Source of the DNA: a virus
Lineage: Duplodnaviria > Caudoviricetes
Virus record (IMG/VR): IMGVR_UViG_3300046717_000333
Location: 1 to 47,185 of that record
Reading direction: 5' to 3' (one strand)
DNA: 47,185 nucleotides
The notes beneath the pieces were generated by a model that was not told the origin of the DNA, searched no databases, and saw only the letters and a program-made list of their open reading frames with translations. The translations under genes were made by a program, and so were the position numbers. The stretch's first letter is position 1, and each line of letters opens with the position of its first letter. Shown one piece after another: positions 17,295 to 25,358 of this stretch.

Positions 17295-17582
17295 ATGAAA
17301 AGCAAGACACTGACAGAAGCGCACCGCGCGGGCGAAACCACGTACACAGAAGACGACGCGGCAAACTTCGAGATCTCCGATCCTGAGGCTGAGGACTACG
17401 ATTGCGATATCTGCGGCGTGAAAGCCGAAACGCGTACGTGTGCCCACTGCGGTACCACCGCGGTAGTCACAGACTGTGGCCATCGGGCACAGCCTAGGCC
17501 TATCGCCTGTGGTGACAGACATGGAGACCAGCTAGACCGCATGCTGTGTGAGGTCTGCGCCAGCCTTCCAAAGGCGCGCTAA
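17295..17582 (+). CDS. Cys-rich Zn-finger protein
   Basis: CDIC, CAHC, DCGH and CEVC motifs. Confidence 0.7.
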   Translation: MKSKTLTEAHRAGETTYTEDDAANFEISDPEAEDYDCDICGVKAETRTCAHCGTTAVVTDCGHRAQPRPIACGDRHGDQLDRMLCEVCASLPKAR

Positions 17583-17705
17583 AGGGCCCTGCCGTGCGCT
17601 AGGACGCGTTTTCGACCAGGCCCTAGGGTCTGGACACCTAGGGCCGGTAACGCGCCGCTAATCGCATCTGGCATGGTCGAGCGAGCAATCGCGTTATGCT
17701 ACCTC

Positions 17706-17885
17706 GCGGCGCGTTATCCCACCCTCGCGCGCGTGAGACCTCCCAGATTGAGCCTGAAAATTTCCCCCTCGGTTTTCCTGAGCAAATACTGGATCCCGAT
17801 CCAACTAGATCGGTTTTCCAAAAGAGACCCCCCCCCCTCAAAACCCGACACATACCCCCCCCCTATCAACAACGGAGTGATCCCC
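17706..17885 (+). repeat. ~180-bp gene-leading cassette repeat, copy A
   Basis: Block-wise identity to 18747-18923, including an identical 26-mer CCCTCGCGCGCGTGAGACCTCCCAGA. Confidence 0.9.
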
Positions 17886-18152
17886 ATGACCAACGCGAAG
17901 TTTCCGATCCACCCTGACCTGATTTCCGACCTCGCCCCCGATTGTCGGCGCGTACTCCGAGAGGCGTACATGGTGATCCAGGCGCGCATGAACCCGCCCG
18001 CGCAAACGACCGTGCATGACGGCAAGGGCGGTTTCCGCCAGGCGACGCCGGCTGAGGCGCGCACCATCCAGGACGCCGAACGTGGGAGCGTTGGCGACGC
18101 CGTTACCGAGTACCGCCGGATCGCCGCCCTTTGGGGTGTCGAGGTCAACTAA
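17886..18152 (+). CDS. Hypothetical protein
   Basis: ATG at 17886 directly after repeat A. Confidence 0.65.
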   Translation: MTNAKFPIHPDLISDLAPDCRRVLREAYMVIQARMNPPAQTTVHDGKGGFRQATPAEARTIQDAERGSVGDAVTEYRRIAALWGVEVN

Positions 18153-18166
18153 ACCAGGGGGACCCC

Positions 18167-18403
18167 ATGGCAAACCGATACACGTCTCTGGGGCGGACGT
18201 CCGCCTACTGTCTGCGGCTGACCGCGCTGGAGCTGGCCGATCTGCAAACCAGGGCCGACGCCCGCGGGATCACCGTCGCCGACATCATCCGCGATGCCCT
18301 CGGTTTTCGCGTGCCTGACAGCACCTGCACAACCGGAACCTGTGGGCACTATGAACACAGGCTCGCACAGAGAATCATGCACAAACCAGGGGGGAGCCAA
18401 TGA
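18167..18403 (+). CDS. Ribbon-helix-helix (CopG-like) DNA-binding protein
   Basis: YCLRLTALELADLQTRADARGITVADIIRDAL. Confidence 0.65.
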   Translation: MANRYTSLGRTSAYCLRLTALELADLQTRADARGITVADIIRDALGFRVPDSTCTTGTCGHYEHRLAQRIMHKPGGSQ

Positions 18404-18738
18404 CCGACACCAGCGACGACGACGAGCCCGACGCATATGACATCAAACGACAGATTCACAAACTTGCCGTCGCCGACCCGCGCCCTGGGTTCGAGTCGGC
18501 GATTACCGCCCTGGTCTATGGCCTTTGCTCCTACCGTGAGGCGTACGCCGCGCGCTATCACGCGGAGCTGTCCGAGAGTCCGCACGTTGCCGACGATTGG
18601 CTTACCGTCGCGCGGGGAATCATCGGCCTGCTAGATGGGGACACAGACCGTCTGCACTGCCCGTCGGTCGACGGCCTCATCAGGGCGACGGCCCAGCAAG
18701 CGGGGTTCTCTCTCACCCTCGAAAGGAAGCCTGGCTGA
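18400..18738 (+). CDS. Hypothetical protein
   Basis: ATGA overlap; 112 aa. Confidence 0.65.
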   Translation: MTDTSDDDEPDAYDIKRQIHKLAVADPRPGFESAITALVYGLCSYREAYAARYHAELSESPHVADDWLTVARGIIGLLDGDTDRLHCPSVDGLIRATAQQAGFSLTLERKPG

Positions 18739-18746
18739 GGTCCGCT

Positions 18747-18923
18747 GCGGGGCGTCATACCCCCTCGCGCGCGTGAGACCTCCCAGAAATGATCCCAAAA
18801 TTTCCAGGTCGGTTTTCCCCGCGAAATACAGGATCCGAAACCAACTAGATCGGGCCTCCAGTTAGACCCCCTCCAACCGAGGGGGCAATACCCACCCCCC
18901 TTATTCGAAAAGGAGTGTTTCCA
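18747..18923 (+). repeat. ~180-bp gene-leading cassette repeat, copy B
   Basis: Same blocks as copy A; ends in a GGAGTG SD and ATG. Confidence 0.9.
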
Positions 18924-19163
18924 ATGCTCGCGATCTTCTTCGGCGTCCTGGCAATCATCGTGCCCCAGAGGTGCCCCGCCCAGGTTGTCTCTCTCTCAGA
19001 CGCGTGGGCCGTGTTGTCGATCCCCCCGTGTGATGGCAACGCCCAGTTTCCCACCGTCGAGAAAGTCTCGGACATGCCCGAGTGTGCTCGGCACCCCGGG
19101 GCCTGGTTCGTCAAGGGGGACTGGGCTAATCGTCGGGGCGATTGCCTAACCTCCCACCCGTAA
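18924..19163 (+). CDS. Small exported Cys-rich protein
   Basis: MLAIFFGVLAIIVP signal/anchor; four Cys; directly after repeat B. Confidence 0.6.
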   Translation: MLAIFFGVLAIIVPQRCPAQVVSLSDAWAVLSIPPCDGNAQFPTVEKVSDMPECARHPGAWFVKGDWANRRGDCLTSHP

Positions 19164-19165
19164 AG

Positions 19166-19492
19166 CTACTTCACCCTGGCGGCGTTCTTGGCCAGTTCGA
19201 TCGGAACGCCCGCCGGGGGTGGCGTCGTCGGGATGACCACCTCGGGCGCGCCGTGCAGCGCCGCCCTGAAGACCGACTCCAGTAATTGCAGGATGCGCCC
19301 GTCGACCGCGAGCGCCCCTGGCTCTAGCATGATGCGGCCCCGGCCCTTCCTGCCGTTGTACGAGGCCCAGAGCGCGATAGAGCCGTCGGGGAACGCCTGC
19401 CCCCCGTACTTGTACGCGAGCAGCCTCTCGGCGATGGTGACGAACCTGGACAGCACCGCCTGCTGCCGGGGGATGTCGTCGTCGTTGCTCAT
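19166..19492 (-). CDS. Hypothetical protein
   Basis: Last gene of the replication operon. Confidence 0.65.
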   Translation of the reverse strand: MSNDDDIPRQQAVLSRFVTIAERLLAYKYGGQAFPDGSIALWASYNGRKGRGRIMLEPGALAVDGRILQLLESVFRAALHGAPEVVIPTTPPPAGVPIELAKNAARVK

Positions 19493-19716
19493 CGGATCAA
19501 GGCGAAGCCGTTGGCGATGGTGAGCAGCCCCTCGACTTCGATCCAGGCCTTGGGCTCGGGCGGCTCGGCCGCGAGGTTCTGGTAGGTGATGGCGGCGCCC
19601 TGGGTGATGCGGATGTCGACGCCGCGCACGTTGATCTCGGACGCGGTCGTCCCCTCGTCGACGCTCCAGATCTGGGGCGCCTCCTCGATCTTGTTGAAGT
19701 AGACCCGGTAGAGCAT
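19489..19716 (-). CDS. Hypothetical protein
   Basis: 75 aa; coupled to its neighbours. Confidence 0.65.
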   Translation of the reverse strand: MLYRVYFNKIEEAPQIWSVDEGTTASEINVRGVDIRITQGAAITYQNLAAEPPEPKAWIEVEGLLTIANGFALIR

Positions 19717-19719
19717 GGG

Positions 19720-20223
19720 CTAAAAGGCGAGCTTATCGTCGAGATCCCACGAAGCGGGATGTGAGGTCGGGGCGGGCTGGGGCGGGCTGGGCGGGTGCGC
19801 ATACTGCGGGTTTGCGATCTGGTTGGGCGGCCCCTGTTGCGCAACCCACTGCGGATAAGTCATCGCGGGCGCGCCCGGCGGGTTGGCCGGGACGTACATC
19901 GGCTGCTGCGGCATCTGGTAAGACGGCGCCCCAATGATCGCGATCCGCCGCGCGAGCAGGGTTGTCTCGTAGACCTGGCGCCCCTTGAGATCGACGACGC
20001 CTTTCATCTTGCGCTTGCCGAGCACGCCCGCGATCTTCACCTGCATGCCCCCCTTGAGGTTGCGGGCCTCGGCGAGCGGGCCGTCCTCGAAGACCGCGAC
20101 GTCGAGATAGAGCTTCTCCCCGTCTCTGACGCTGATGAGAACGTAGTTGGGGCCCAGCATCGGATCACGCACGACGATGCCGATAACCAGGAAGTTGGAT
20201 TGCGGGTCGGGATAGTTGCTCAT
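19720..20223 (-). CDS. ssb: Single-stranded DNA-binding protein
   Basis: OB-fold pattern (VIGIVVRDP, LKGGMQVKIAGVL, VYETTLLA), Q/P-rich linker, acidic-aromatic tip DLDDKLAF. Confidence 0.75.
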   Translation of the reverse strand: MSNYPDPQSNFLVIGIVVRDPMLGPNYVLISVRDGEKLYLDVAVFEDGPLAEARNLKGGMQVKIAGVLGKRKMKGVVDLKGRQVYETTLLARRIAIIGAPSYQMPQQPMYVPANPPGAPAMTYPQWVAQQGPPNQIANPQYAHPPSPPQPAPTSHPASWDLDDKLAF

Positions 20224-20426
20224 GGTGTTTGGTCCTTTTCGGTTTTGAGTGCTCGCGCGAAGGGCTCTGTGACCTCCTGGCTTGCGCCACAGGCGTCGCA
20301 ATCGGCCCCGGGAGGGGCAAGTAGCCGGGAGGGGCGCCAGGTGGCCTCTACGCGCACGGCGCAGTCGTCGCAGAGCCAGAGCTGGTCGTAGATGCCCGGG
20401 TCGGTCGAGACGTAGAGGCGGGTCAT
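20220..20426 (-). CDS. Small Zn-binding protein
   Basis: CDDC...CDAC. Confidence 0.6.
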   Translation of the reverse strand: MTRLYVSTDPGIYDQLWLCDDCAVRVEATWRPSRLLAPPGADCDACGASQEVTEPFARALKTEKDQTP

Positions 20427-21091
20427 GCTGCGCCCTTGCCGCCCTTGCCGCCCTTCTCGTCCTTGCTTTCCTCGTCCCTGGCGTTCGCGTCCTTGGCGTT
20501 CGCGAGGTCGCGGACGATCGAGAGCACCCGAGATTCCTTCTCGGGCAACGCTGGCCGGGCCAACTGGGCCGCGGTCTCACCCGGCATCTGGAGGCGGATG
20601 ACGTTCTTGAAGTATTCCCCGACGAGCGGCGCGCCCTTGGCCGCGGAGATCTCGGTGCTCGCCATCTGCTGGTATAGCTCCTCGAACTGTTTGCGGTCCC
20701 AGGTCAGTTCGTTGAGCGAACGGCGGCAAAGCGCTCTCCAGTCGCCCATGTTGCGAATGACCGCATTGGCGAGCGCCCCGAAGTCCACCGTCTGGACGTA
20801 GTCGTACTTGTCCATCGCCTTGCGGACGATCTCCCAGGCAAGAGAGGCGTTGAGCTTGACCTGCGCATCGCCCATGCCGATGCAGTCCCGCAACTCGGCC
20901 GGCTTCGGGAAGAACTTCAGCTTGCGCCCCGCGGTGCTGACGGCCATCCGAAACTGCTCGCGCGTCAGGTCGCAAAGAAACTGCCAATAGGTATCGAGCA
21001 TGACCTCGTTGATCGGAGTCGCGTAAACCACCCCGAGCGCGGTCATTCCGTCTGCGAATGCTTTCTTGTCCTCGTAGCTGTCCTTGGTCAT
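20423..21091 (-). CDS. Replicative helicase loader/inhibitor-like protein (DUF6475-like)
   Basis: YWQFL...KFFPKPAELR motif; directly downstream of the initiator. Confidence 0.6.
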   Translation of the reverse strand: MTKDSYEDKKAFADGMTALGVVYATPINEVMLDTYWQFLCDLTREQFRMAVSTAGRKLKFFPKPAELRDCIGMGDAQVKLNASLAWEIVRKAMDKYDYVQTVDFGALANAVIRNMGDWRALCRRSLNELTWDRKQFEELYQQMASTEISAAKGAPLVGEYFKNVIRLQMPGETAAQLARPALPEKESRVLSIVRDLANAKDANARDEESKDEKGGKGGKGAA

Positions 21092-21822
21092 CGGTTTGCC
21101 CACTCCCTTCCACCTACGAACATTTCCCTGTGCTCTTCGGTCTTCTGCTCGATCTTTGAAAGAGGTCGCGACGCCCCCGTCGGCGGCTTCGCCGTCCACC
21201 CGGCGTCTTCAATCCAGTCCGCGGCCTTTGGCACAAACTTCCCGTCCTCCTTGGTCCAGTCGTGCTGCTCGACTTGCCAGGCGAGCGCATCCATCACGAG
21301 ATCAACCGGCGGCTTGAAGCTCTGCCAATTCTTCCAGGCCTCGGCGCGCTTCTTCTTCTTCGGGTACACCAACCAGAAGGCGTTGAACTCGGCGCTGTAT
21401 TCGTCGGCTCGGCGTGGTCCGCGGGTTGCTCTTACGCGCTCGCGCGCTCCGGAAGATCCGGATTGCTGTGAAGGCTTCCGGATGGAACTCGGACCAGAAA
21501 TCGGATCAAGAACTGAGACGGAAAGAGAGGGATCGTTAGACAGACCCCCCCCTACCCCCCCCGTTGCTACCGGCAGCGTGCCGGCGTGTTGCCGGTGTGC
21601 TACCGGCAGCAGTCCTGTTGCCGGCAAGGTGCCGGCAGAGTGCCCGTGTGCTGCCGGTATGCTGCCGGCAGCATTGGCAGTCCACATTTCGAACGTCCCG
21701 CCCACGAATCCACAGCCCAGGCAGCGGCGCACCCGGGGGTAGTAGGCGAGCGGGAGATCCCTCCCCCCGAAGGTCCGGACTACCTCGCTCGGCGCCGCCG
21801 TGGCGCACTGGGGGCAGATCAT
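21088..21822 (-). CDS. Replication initiator/replisome organizer with an N-terminal Zn ribbon
   Basis: C-terminal FNAFWLVYPKK...DGKFVPKAADWI; repeat-rich linker; N-terminal CPQC...RRCLGCG. Confidence 0.7.
   Translation of the reverse strand: MICPQCATAAPSEVVRTFGGRDLPLAYYPRVRRCLGCGFVGGTFEMWTANAAGSIPAAHGHSAGTLPATGLLPVAHRQHAGTLPVATGGVGGGLSNDPSLSVSVLDPISGPSSIRKPSQQSGSSGARERVRATRGPRRADEYSAEFNAFWLVYPKKKKRAEAWKNWQSFKPPVDLVMDALAWQVEQHDWTKEDGKFVPKAADWIEDAGWTAKPPTGASRPLSKIEQKTEEHREMFVGGREWANR
21565..21680. repeat. Iteron-like TGCCGG(CA)/CCGGCAG cluster (probable replication origin inside the initiator gene)
   Basis: Several closely spaced copies inside the initiator linker, as in lambda O-type genes. 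Confidence 0.55.
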
Positions 21823-22049
21823 TTCGCGAACAGCTCCCCTTGGCGTTCCAGCTTGGCGGCCTTCATCGCCTTGCGCGCCTTCTGCTCGGCCCTGGTGAGC
21901 GGCTTGGGCTTCTCCCGCTCCTTGCCCACGGGCTGGCCCACGGGCGCGCTGTCGAGGCACAGAGGGCACTGCTGCGCGATCGTCGCCCCGCCGATGCTCT
22001 GGATCAGCACCACGCGCACGCCACACCACAGACAAAGTTGTCCCCGCAC
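21819..22049 (-). CDS. Small Zn-ribbon protein
   Basis: CLWC...CPLC. Confidence 0.6.
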   Translation of the reverse strand: MRGQLCLWCGVRVVLIQSIGGATIAQQCPLCLDSAPVGQPVGKEREKPKPLTRAEQKARKAMKAAKLERQGELFAK

Positions 22050-22062
22050 GATTCACCTCCAG

Positions 22063-23058
22063 CTACCGGCCGCCGGCCCAGTCGGGCGACGGCAGATTCG
22101 GACGACCAAACCCCATGCCGCCGAGGCGGCCCGCGAAGACGGCCTTGATGCGCGCGTAGGCCGGGCCCCGATCGCGCTCGGACAGCGTGCGCCCATGCAG
22201 CCACTGCACGTATTGGCCGTTGGCCGCGACCGCCATCAGGCACTGGCGGAACTCCCCAGGATCGAGCTTCACCGTCGGCACGCCGCCCCTGCGGGTCGAG
22301 GCGCCCTCGTTGAGCACGAGCCGGCGCCAGAGCCAGAACGTGAGCACCAAGTTCAGCGCGCCCCAGAGCTTGTAGTTCTCGGGGTCCTTGCCCCAGGCCT
22401 CGAAGCAGACCGTGAGCACCTTCGTCATGGCGTCGGTGATCTCCGACGTGAACATCCGGACGCAGTCGCTGCTGTTGGGCCCGCCCGATGGGGTCGCCCC
22501 GCTCGACCCGAGCCAGGCCCGGATCGTCGTCGACATCGCGATGAGCTTCATGCTGCTCGCGTTCCCCCGGCGTAGGTTGTCGTAGCCCACGAAGGGGCAG
22601 CGCTTGCGAATCGTGACCAGGAACTCATGCGAGCCTTCGAGGCCGCGCAAGATGTCGTCGGTCATCAGCCGGCGCAGCGCCGAGTTGAGCCGCACGAACT
22701 CGTCGCCCATCTCGGCCATGTCGTCGAAGTGGCAGATCCGCACGTCGGCCAATCCCTCGGTGAGCCCCGAGATCTTGAAGCCCTCGACCCGGTGCTGGCC
22801 GTCGACCAGGTAGGTTTCGCCGCCCAACTTGCCGAGCGTGATGATCCCGCTGATGACCCCGCCGTTGGTCTTCAACTCCTCGGCGAAGGCCACCACCTTG
22901 GCGGTGACTTTCAGCTCCCGCTGGAAGGGCGGTTTCTTCCAGCGATCGATGCCCGCCGGTGTGACGAGCAGGGTGTCCATGATCGACCTGACTGACTTGG
23001 GAGCGCTCGCGGGCAGCTCCTTGATGCCGGGCATCCGTAGCACGTTCGCGTTGTTCAT
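22063..23058 (-). CDS. ParB/Srx-fold (DGQHR/DndB-like) protein
   Basis: FQR, YLVDGQHR and FVRLN motifs; GGAGGTGA SD. Confidence 0.8.
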   Translation of the reverse strand: MNNANVLRMPGIKELPASAPKSVRSIMDTLLVTPAGIDRWKKPPFQRELKVTAKVVAFAEELKTNGGVISGIITLGKLGGETYLVDGQHRVEGFKISGLTEGLADVRICHFDDMAEMGDEFVRLNSALRRLMTDDILRGLEGSHEFLVTIRKRCPFVGYDNLRRGNASSMKLIAMSTTIRAWLGSSGATPSGGPNSSDCVRMFTSEITDAMTKVLTVCFEAWGKDPENYKLWGALNLVLTFWLWRRLVLNEGASTRRGGVPTVKLDPGEFRQCLMAVAANGQYVQWLHGRTLSERDRGPAYARIKAVFAGRLGGMGFGRPNLPSPDWAGGR

Positions 23059-23076
23059 CGAGTCACCTCCCCAGGG

Positions 23077-23175
23077 TCAGAAACCGAACAGCGCGGCGAT
23101 CACGATCCAGGTCGCCATCCAGGCGAACCACGCCACGATGAGCCAGCCGATGCAGTACGAGACGACGGTCTTCAT
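23077..23175 (-). CDS. 32-aa hydrophobic membrane peptide
   Basis: MKTVVSYCIGWLIVAWFAWMATWIVIAALFGF; GGAGG SD and ATGA overlap. Confidence 0.5.
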   Translation of the reverse strand: MKTVVSYCIGWLIVAWFAWMATWIVIAALFGF

Positions 23176-23312
23176 GGGCGGACCTCCAGCGCCGCGATGC
23201 GGCCTTCGAGCTGGCTCACCCTCCGGCTGAGGTGGACCAGATCGGCCAGTGCCACGTTGAGCCCCAGCGTGGTGACGAGCAGCATCCAGGTCAGATAGAC
23301 GGCCCATCTCAA
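23172..23312 (-). CDS. Small TM plus coiled-coil protein (not in the ORF track)
   Basis: LRWAVYLTWMLLVTTLGLNVALADLVHLSRRVSQLEGRIAALEVRP; overlaps a stop or start at both ends. Confidence 0.5.
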   Translation of the reverse strand: MRWAVYLTWMLLVTTLGLNVALADLVHLSRRVSQLEGRIAALEVRP

Positions 23313-23575
23313 GGCCGCCCCCCGAGCTGCCGGCCGAGCCGGACCATCTGCCGCCGCCCGGCGCGGTCTGACAGCGCGCCCGAGGTCACCAGGGCGGCGA
23401 TCGTGACCGCCTCCTGGCGCAGCAGCCGGGACACCTCGGGCGGCGTCCTGGAGGGGCCCGGGGACACACCCGGGGACACACTTGGGCCGCCCGGGGACAC
23501 CTGCCGGGACACCTTAGAGGGTGCCCCGGCTCGTACCGCGGGCCCCGCGGGAGGCCTGGGGACGGGGTTAGTCAC
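23309..23575 (-). CDS. Hypothetical protein carrying five GGGACAC repeats (VSP/VSR peptide repeats)
   Basis: 88-aa ORF coupled to the downstream chain. Confidence 0.45.
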   Translation of the reverse strand: MTNPVPRPPAGPAVRAGAPSKVSRQVSPGGPSVSPGVSPGPSRTPPEVSRLLRQEAVTIAALVTSGALSDRAGRRQMVRLGRQLGGRP

Positions 23576-23604
23576 CCGTAAACCCGCCTCTGACGCGGTG
23601 TGAA

Positions 23605-23864
23605 GTGTCCCGCTACGTGTCCCTTCTGCGGTGCGTCTTTCGGGGGACCTCCGAAAAACCTAATGATTTCAGGTGGGCGTTGCTGGTTTCGAACCAGCGA
23701 CTTCGACCGTGTGAAAACTGCATCTAACCCTGGAAACAGTGCGCCAATCTGAATCATTCCGCCTCTTTGGACCCTCTTTGACGGTTCGCAGCGGAAGCAA
23801 AAGGACACCAAAGGAAGGGTCGTTGTGTCCCCGAAAGTGTCCCACTGGCCCCTTGGTGTGTCCC
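23605..23864. mobile_element. attP region with arm-type GTGTCCC sites
   Basis: GTGTCCC at 23605, 23617, 23825, 23837 and 23858 flanking the core; an IHF-like AATCATTAGGTTT on the minus strand beside the core; CCTCTTTG direct repeat at ~23762-23780. Confidence 0.8.
23672..23715 (-). other. attP core: 3' half of tRNA-Val(CAC)
   Basis: Minus strand TTCACAC-GGTCG-AAGTC-GCTGG-TTCGAAA-CCAGC-AACGCCC-ACC gives the anticodon loop, T-arm and acceptor 3' strand; no 5' half is present. Confidence 0.9.
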
Positions 23865-23896
23865 GCAAACCGAATCCTGAGGGTTCTGGATACATT

Positions 23897-25159
23897 TTAG
23901 GTCCCGGTGTCAACCTTAAAAAGGCGGAAGACCTGGGCCAGCCCCTCGCCCTTCTCCTGCAAGTCGACGGTGCTGTAGGTCTCCTGCATCTCGATCGAGT
24001 GGTGGCCGGTCAGAGCGCGGGTCACCACGTTGTTCAACTTCGCCGCCTTGCGCGCGATGTCGTTGAACGTGCGCCGGAAGGCCTTCGGCGTGATGTGTCG
24101 GGAGATCTTGCAGGCCTCGATCATCTTGGCGAAGGGGCGGTCGAGCGCCGAGGCCGCGAGGAAGCGATTCTCGGCCGGTGCGCGGCTCGCCATGCTGCGC
24201 CAGCGGCCCGGCCGCCAGCGCGCGCCCGCAGGCGGGAAGACCAGGAGGCCATCGGCCGCCGGGTGATGGGCGTTCTTGAGCCAGACCTTGTGCCAGCGCA
24301 GCACCGAGATCACCTCGGGCGGGAGCAGCATCTCCCGATCGACCTTGGTCTTGGTCGGCCCGAGATACTTCCCGCTCTGCGACTGGCGCAGCGTGAGCTT
24401 GCCGGTGTCGAGATCGAGATCGGTCCCCCAGCGCAGGGGCCGTAGCTCGCCGGGACGCGCGCCGATGGCGAAGCCGAGCACGATGAACGCGAACCACTGG
24501 GGATAGTCGCGCTGGCAGATCGTGAAGAGCAGGGTGACCTCCTCGGCGGTGAGGGTGTTGGTCTCCTTGTCGATCTTCGTGCGCTTCGGCAGCGGGCGCA
24601 CGCCGAGCGTCGGATCGCGGGTGAGCCCCAACTCGTTGACCGCGTCCTGGAGCATCATCTTCAAGATCCGCCACCAGCCGTTGATGGTCTCGGGCGAGTA
24701 GTCCTCGGCGTCACGCTTCGGCAGCAACGCGCGCGCCGGCATCTCGTCGTGCAACTCGAAACGGTTGCGCGGCTTCACCAGCCACTCGTCGATCGCCATC
24801 TTGTCGACGGCATCGATCATCCACTCGCCGAAGGCCGGCAAGATATGGTTCGACAGGGCCAACTTGTAGCGCTCCCGGGTCAACTCACTTCCGAGCCTTG
24901 GGGCCCGCCGCTTCATCCAGGAGGCGGCGTAAGCGGAGACGGTCCAGCCGCCCTGCTTCGGCCGGCCCCCCGACAGGATCGCCTGCGCCAGCTCGTCGTG
25001 CTTTAGGACCGCGTCTTTCAGAGTCGCGGAGCTGGGCAAGGTCGCTTTCTTCGGAACCCTCTTGCCCGTTCGCGGGTCGGTCTTGACGACGCGAATCTTC
25101 CACTCGCCGTTGGATGCTCTCTGAATACCTGAGGGATAGTTGCTGCTGGTGTTGCTCAT
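23897..25159 (-). CDS. int: Tyrosine integrase
   Basis: GARPGEL (R), PTKT (K), TPKAFRRTF (HxxR variant), LTGH and terminal Y; N-terminal arm-binding and SAM-like domains; beside attP. Confidence 0.95.
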   Translation of the reverse strand: MSNTSSNYPSGIQRASNGEWKIRVVKTDPRTGKRVPKKATLPSSATLKDAVLKHDELAQAILSGGRPKQGGWTVSAYAASWMKRRAPRLGSELTRERYKLALSNHILPAFGEWMIDAVDKMAIDEWLVKPRNRFELHDEMPARALLPKRDAEDYSPETINGWWRILKMMLQDAVNELGLTRDPTLGVRPLPKRTKIDKETNTLTAEEVTLLFTICQRDYPQWFAFIVLGFAIGARPGELRPLRWGTDLDLDTGKLTLRQSQSGKYLGPTKTKVDREMLLPPEVISVLRWHKVWLKNAHHPAADGLLVFPPAGARWRPGRWRSMASRAPAENRFLAASALDRPFAKMIEACKISRHITPKAFRRTFNDIARKAAKLNNVVTRALTGHHSIEMQETYSTVDLQEKGEGLAQVFRLFKVDTGT

Positions 25160-25358
25160 ACCGTTCCACTCCTTCTTTCTCGATCATGCGGCGGACCTGC
25201 TCGGCCGTGTAAAGGCCTGCCCTTCCACGACGGCCCGCCGGCTGGATGTTTAGTCTTACTGCCGCCAGTCTGAAACCTCGCGCTGTTTTGTAGTGGCAGG
25301 CCAGCGCGGCCTCGTCGCTCGTGAAATAGAGCGGCAACGCGTCAGCGGCGGCGCTCAT
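24885..25358 (-). CDS. HTH/excisionase-like protein whose ORF extends 275 nt into int
   Basis: YFTSDEAALAC...GLYTAEQVRRMI winged-HTH-like pattern; ATGA-coupled to the xis gene. Confidence 0.55.
   Translation of the reverse strand: MSAAADALPLYFTSDEAALACHYKTARGFRLAAVRLNIQPAGRRGRAGLYTAEQVRRMIEKEGVERYEQHQQQLSLRYSESIQRRVEDSRRQDRPANGQEGSEESDLAQLRDSERRGPKARRAGAGDPVGGPAEAGRLDRLRLRRLLDEAAGPKARK

Noticed and set aside
17673-17885. N-terminal extension of ORF 17673-18152
   Set aside because: It runs through the non-coding cassette repeat; the SD and ATG at 17886 are the better start
17706-18923. DGR template/variable repeat pair
   Set aside because: No reverse transcriptase is encoded, the differences are not adenine-specific, and both copies are intergenic
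23428-23512. CRISPR-like mini-array
   Set aside because: The repeats are 7-9 bp with irregular short spacers, and there are no cas genes
23672-23715. Possible phage tRNA gene
   Set aside because: Only the anticodon loop to the 3' end is present, with no D-arm or 5' acceptor strand; it is the attP core
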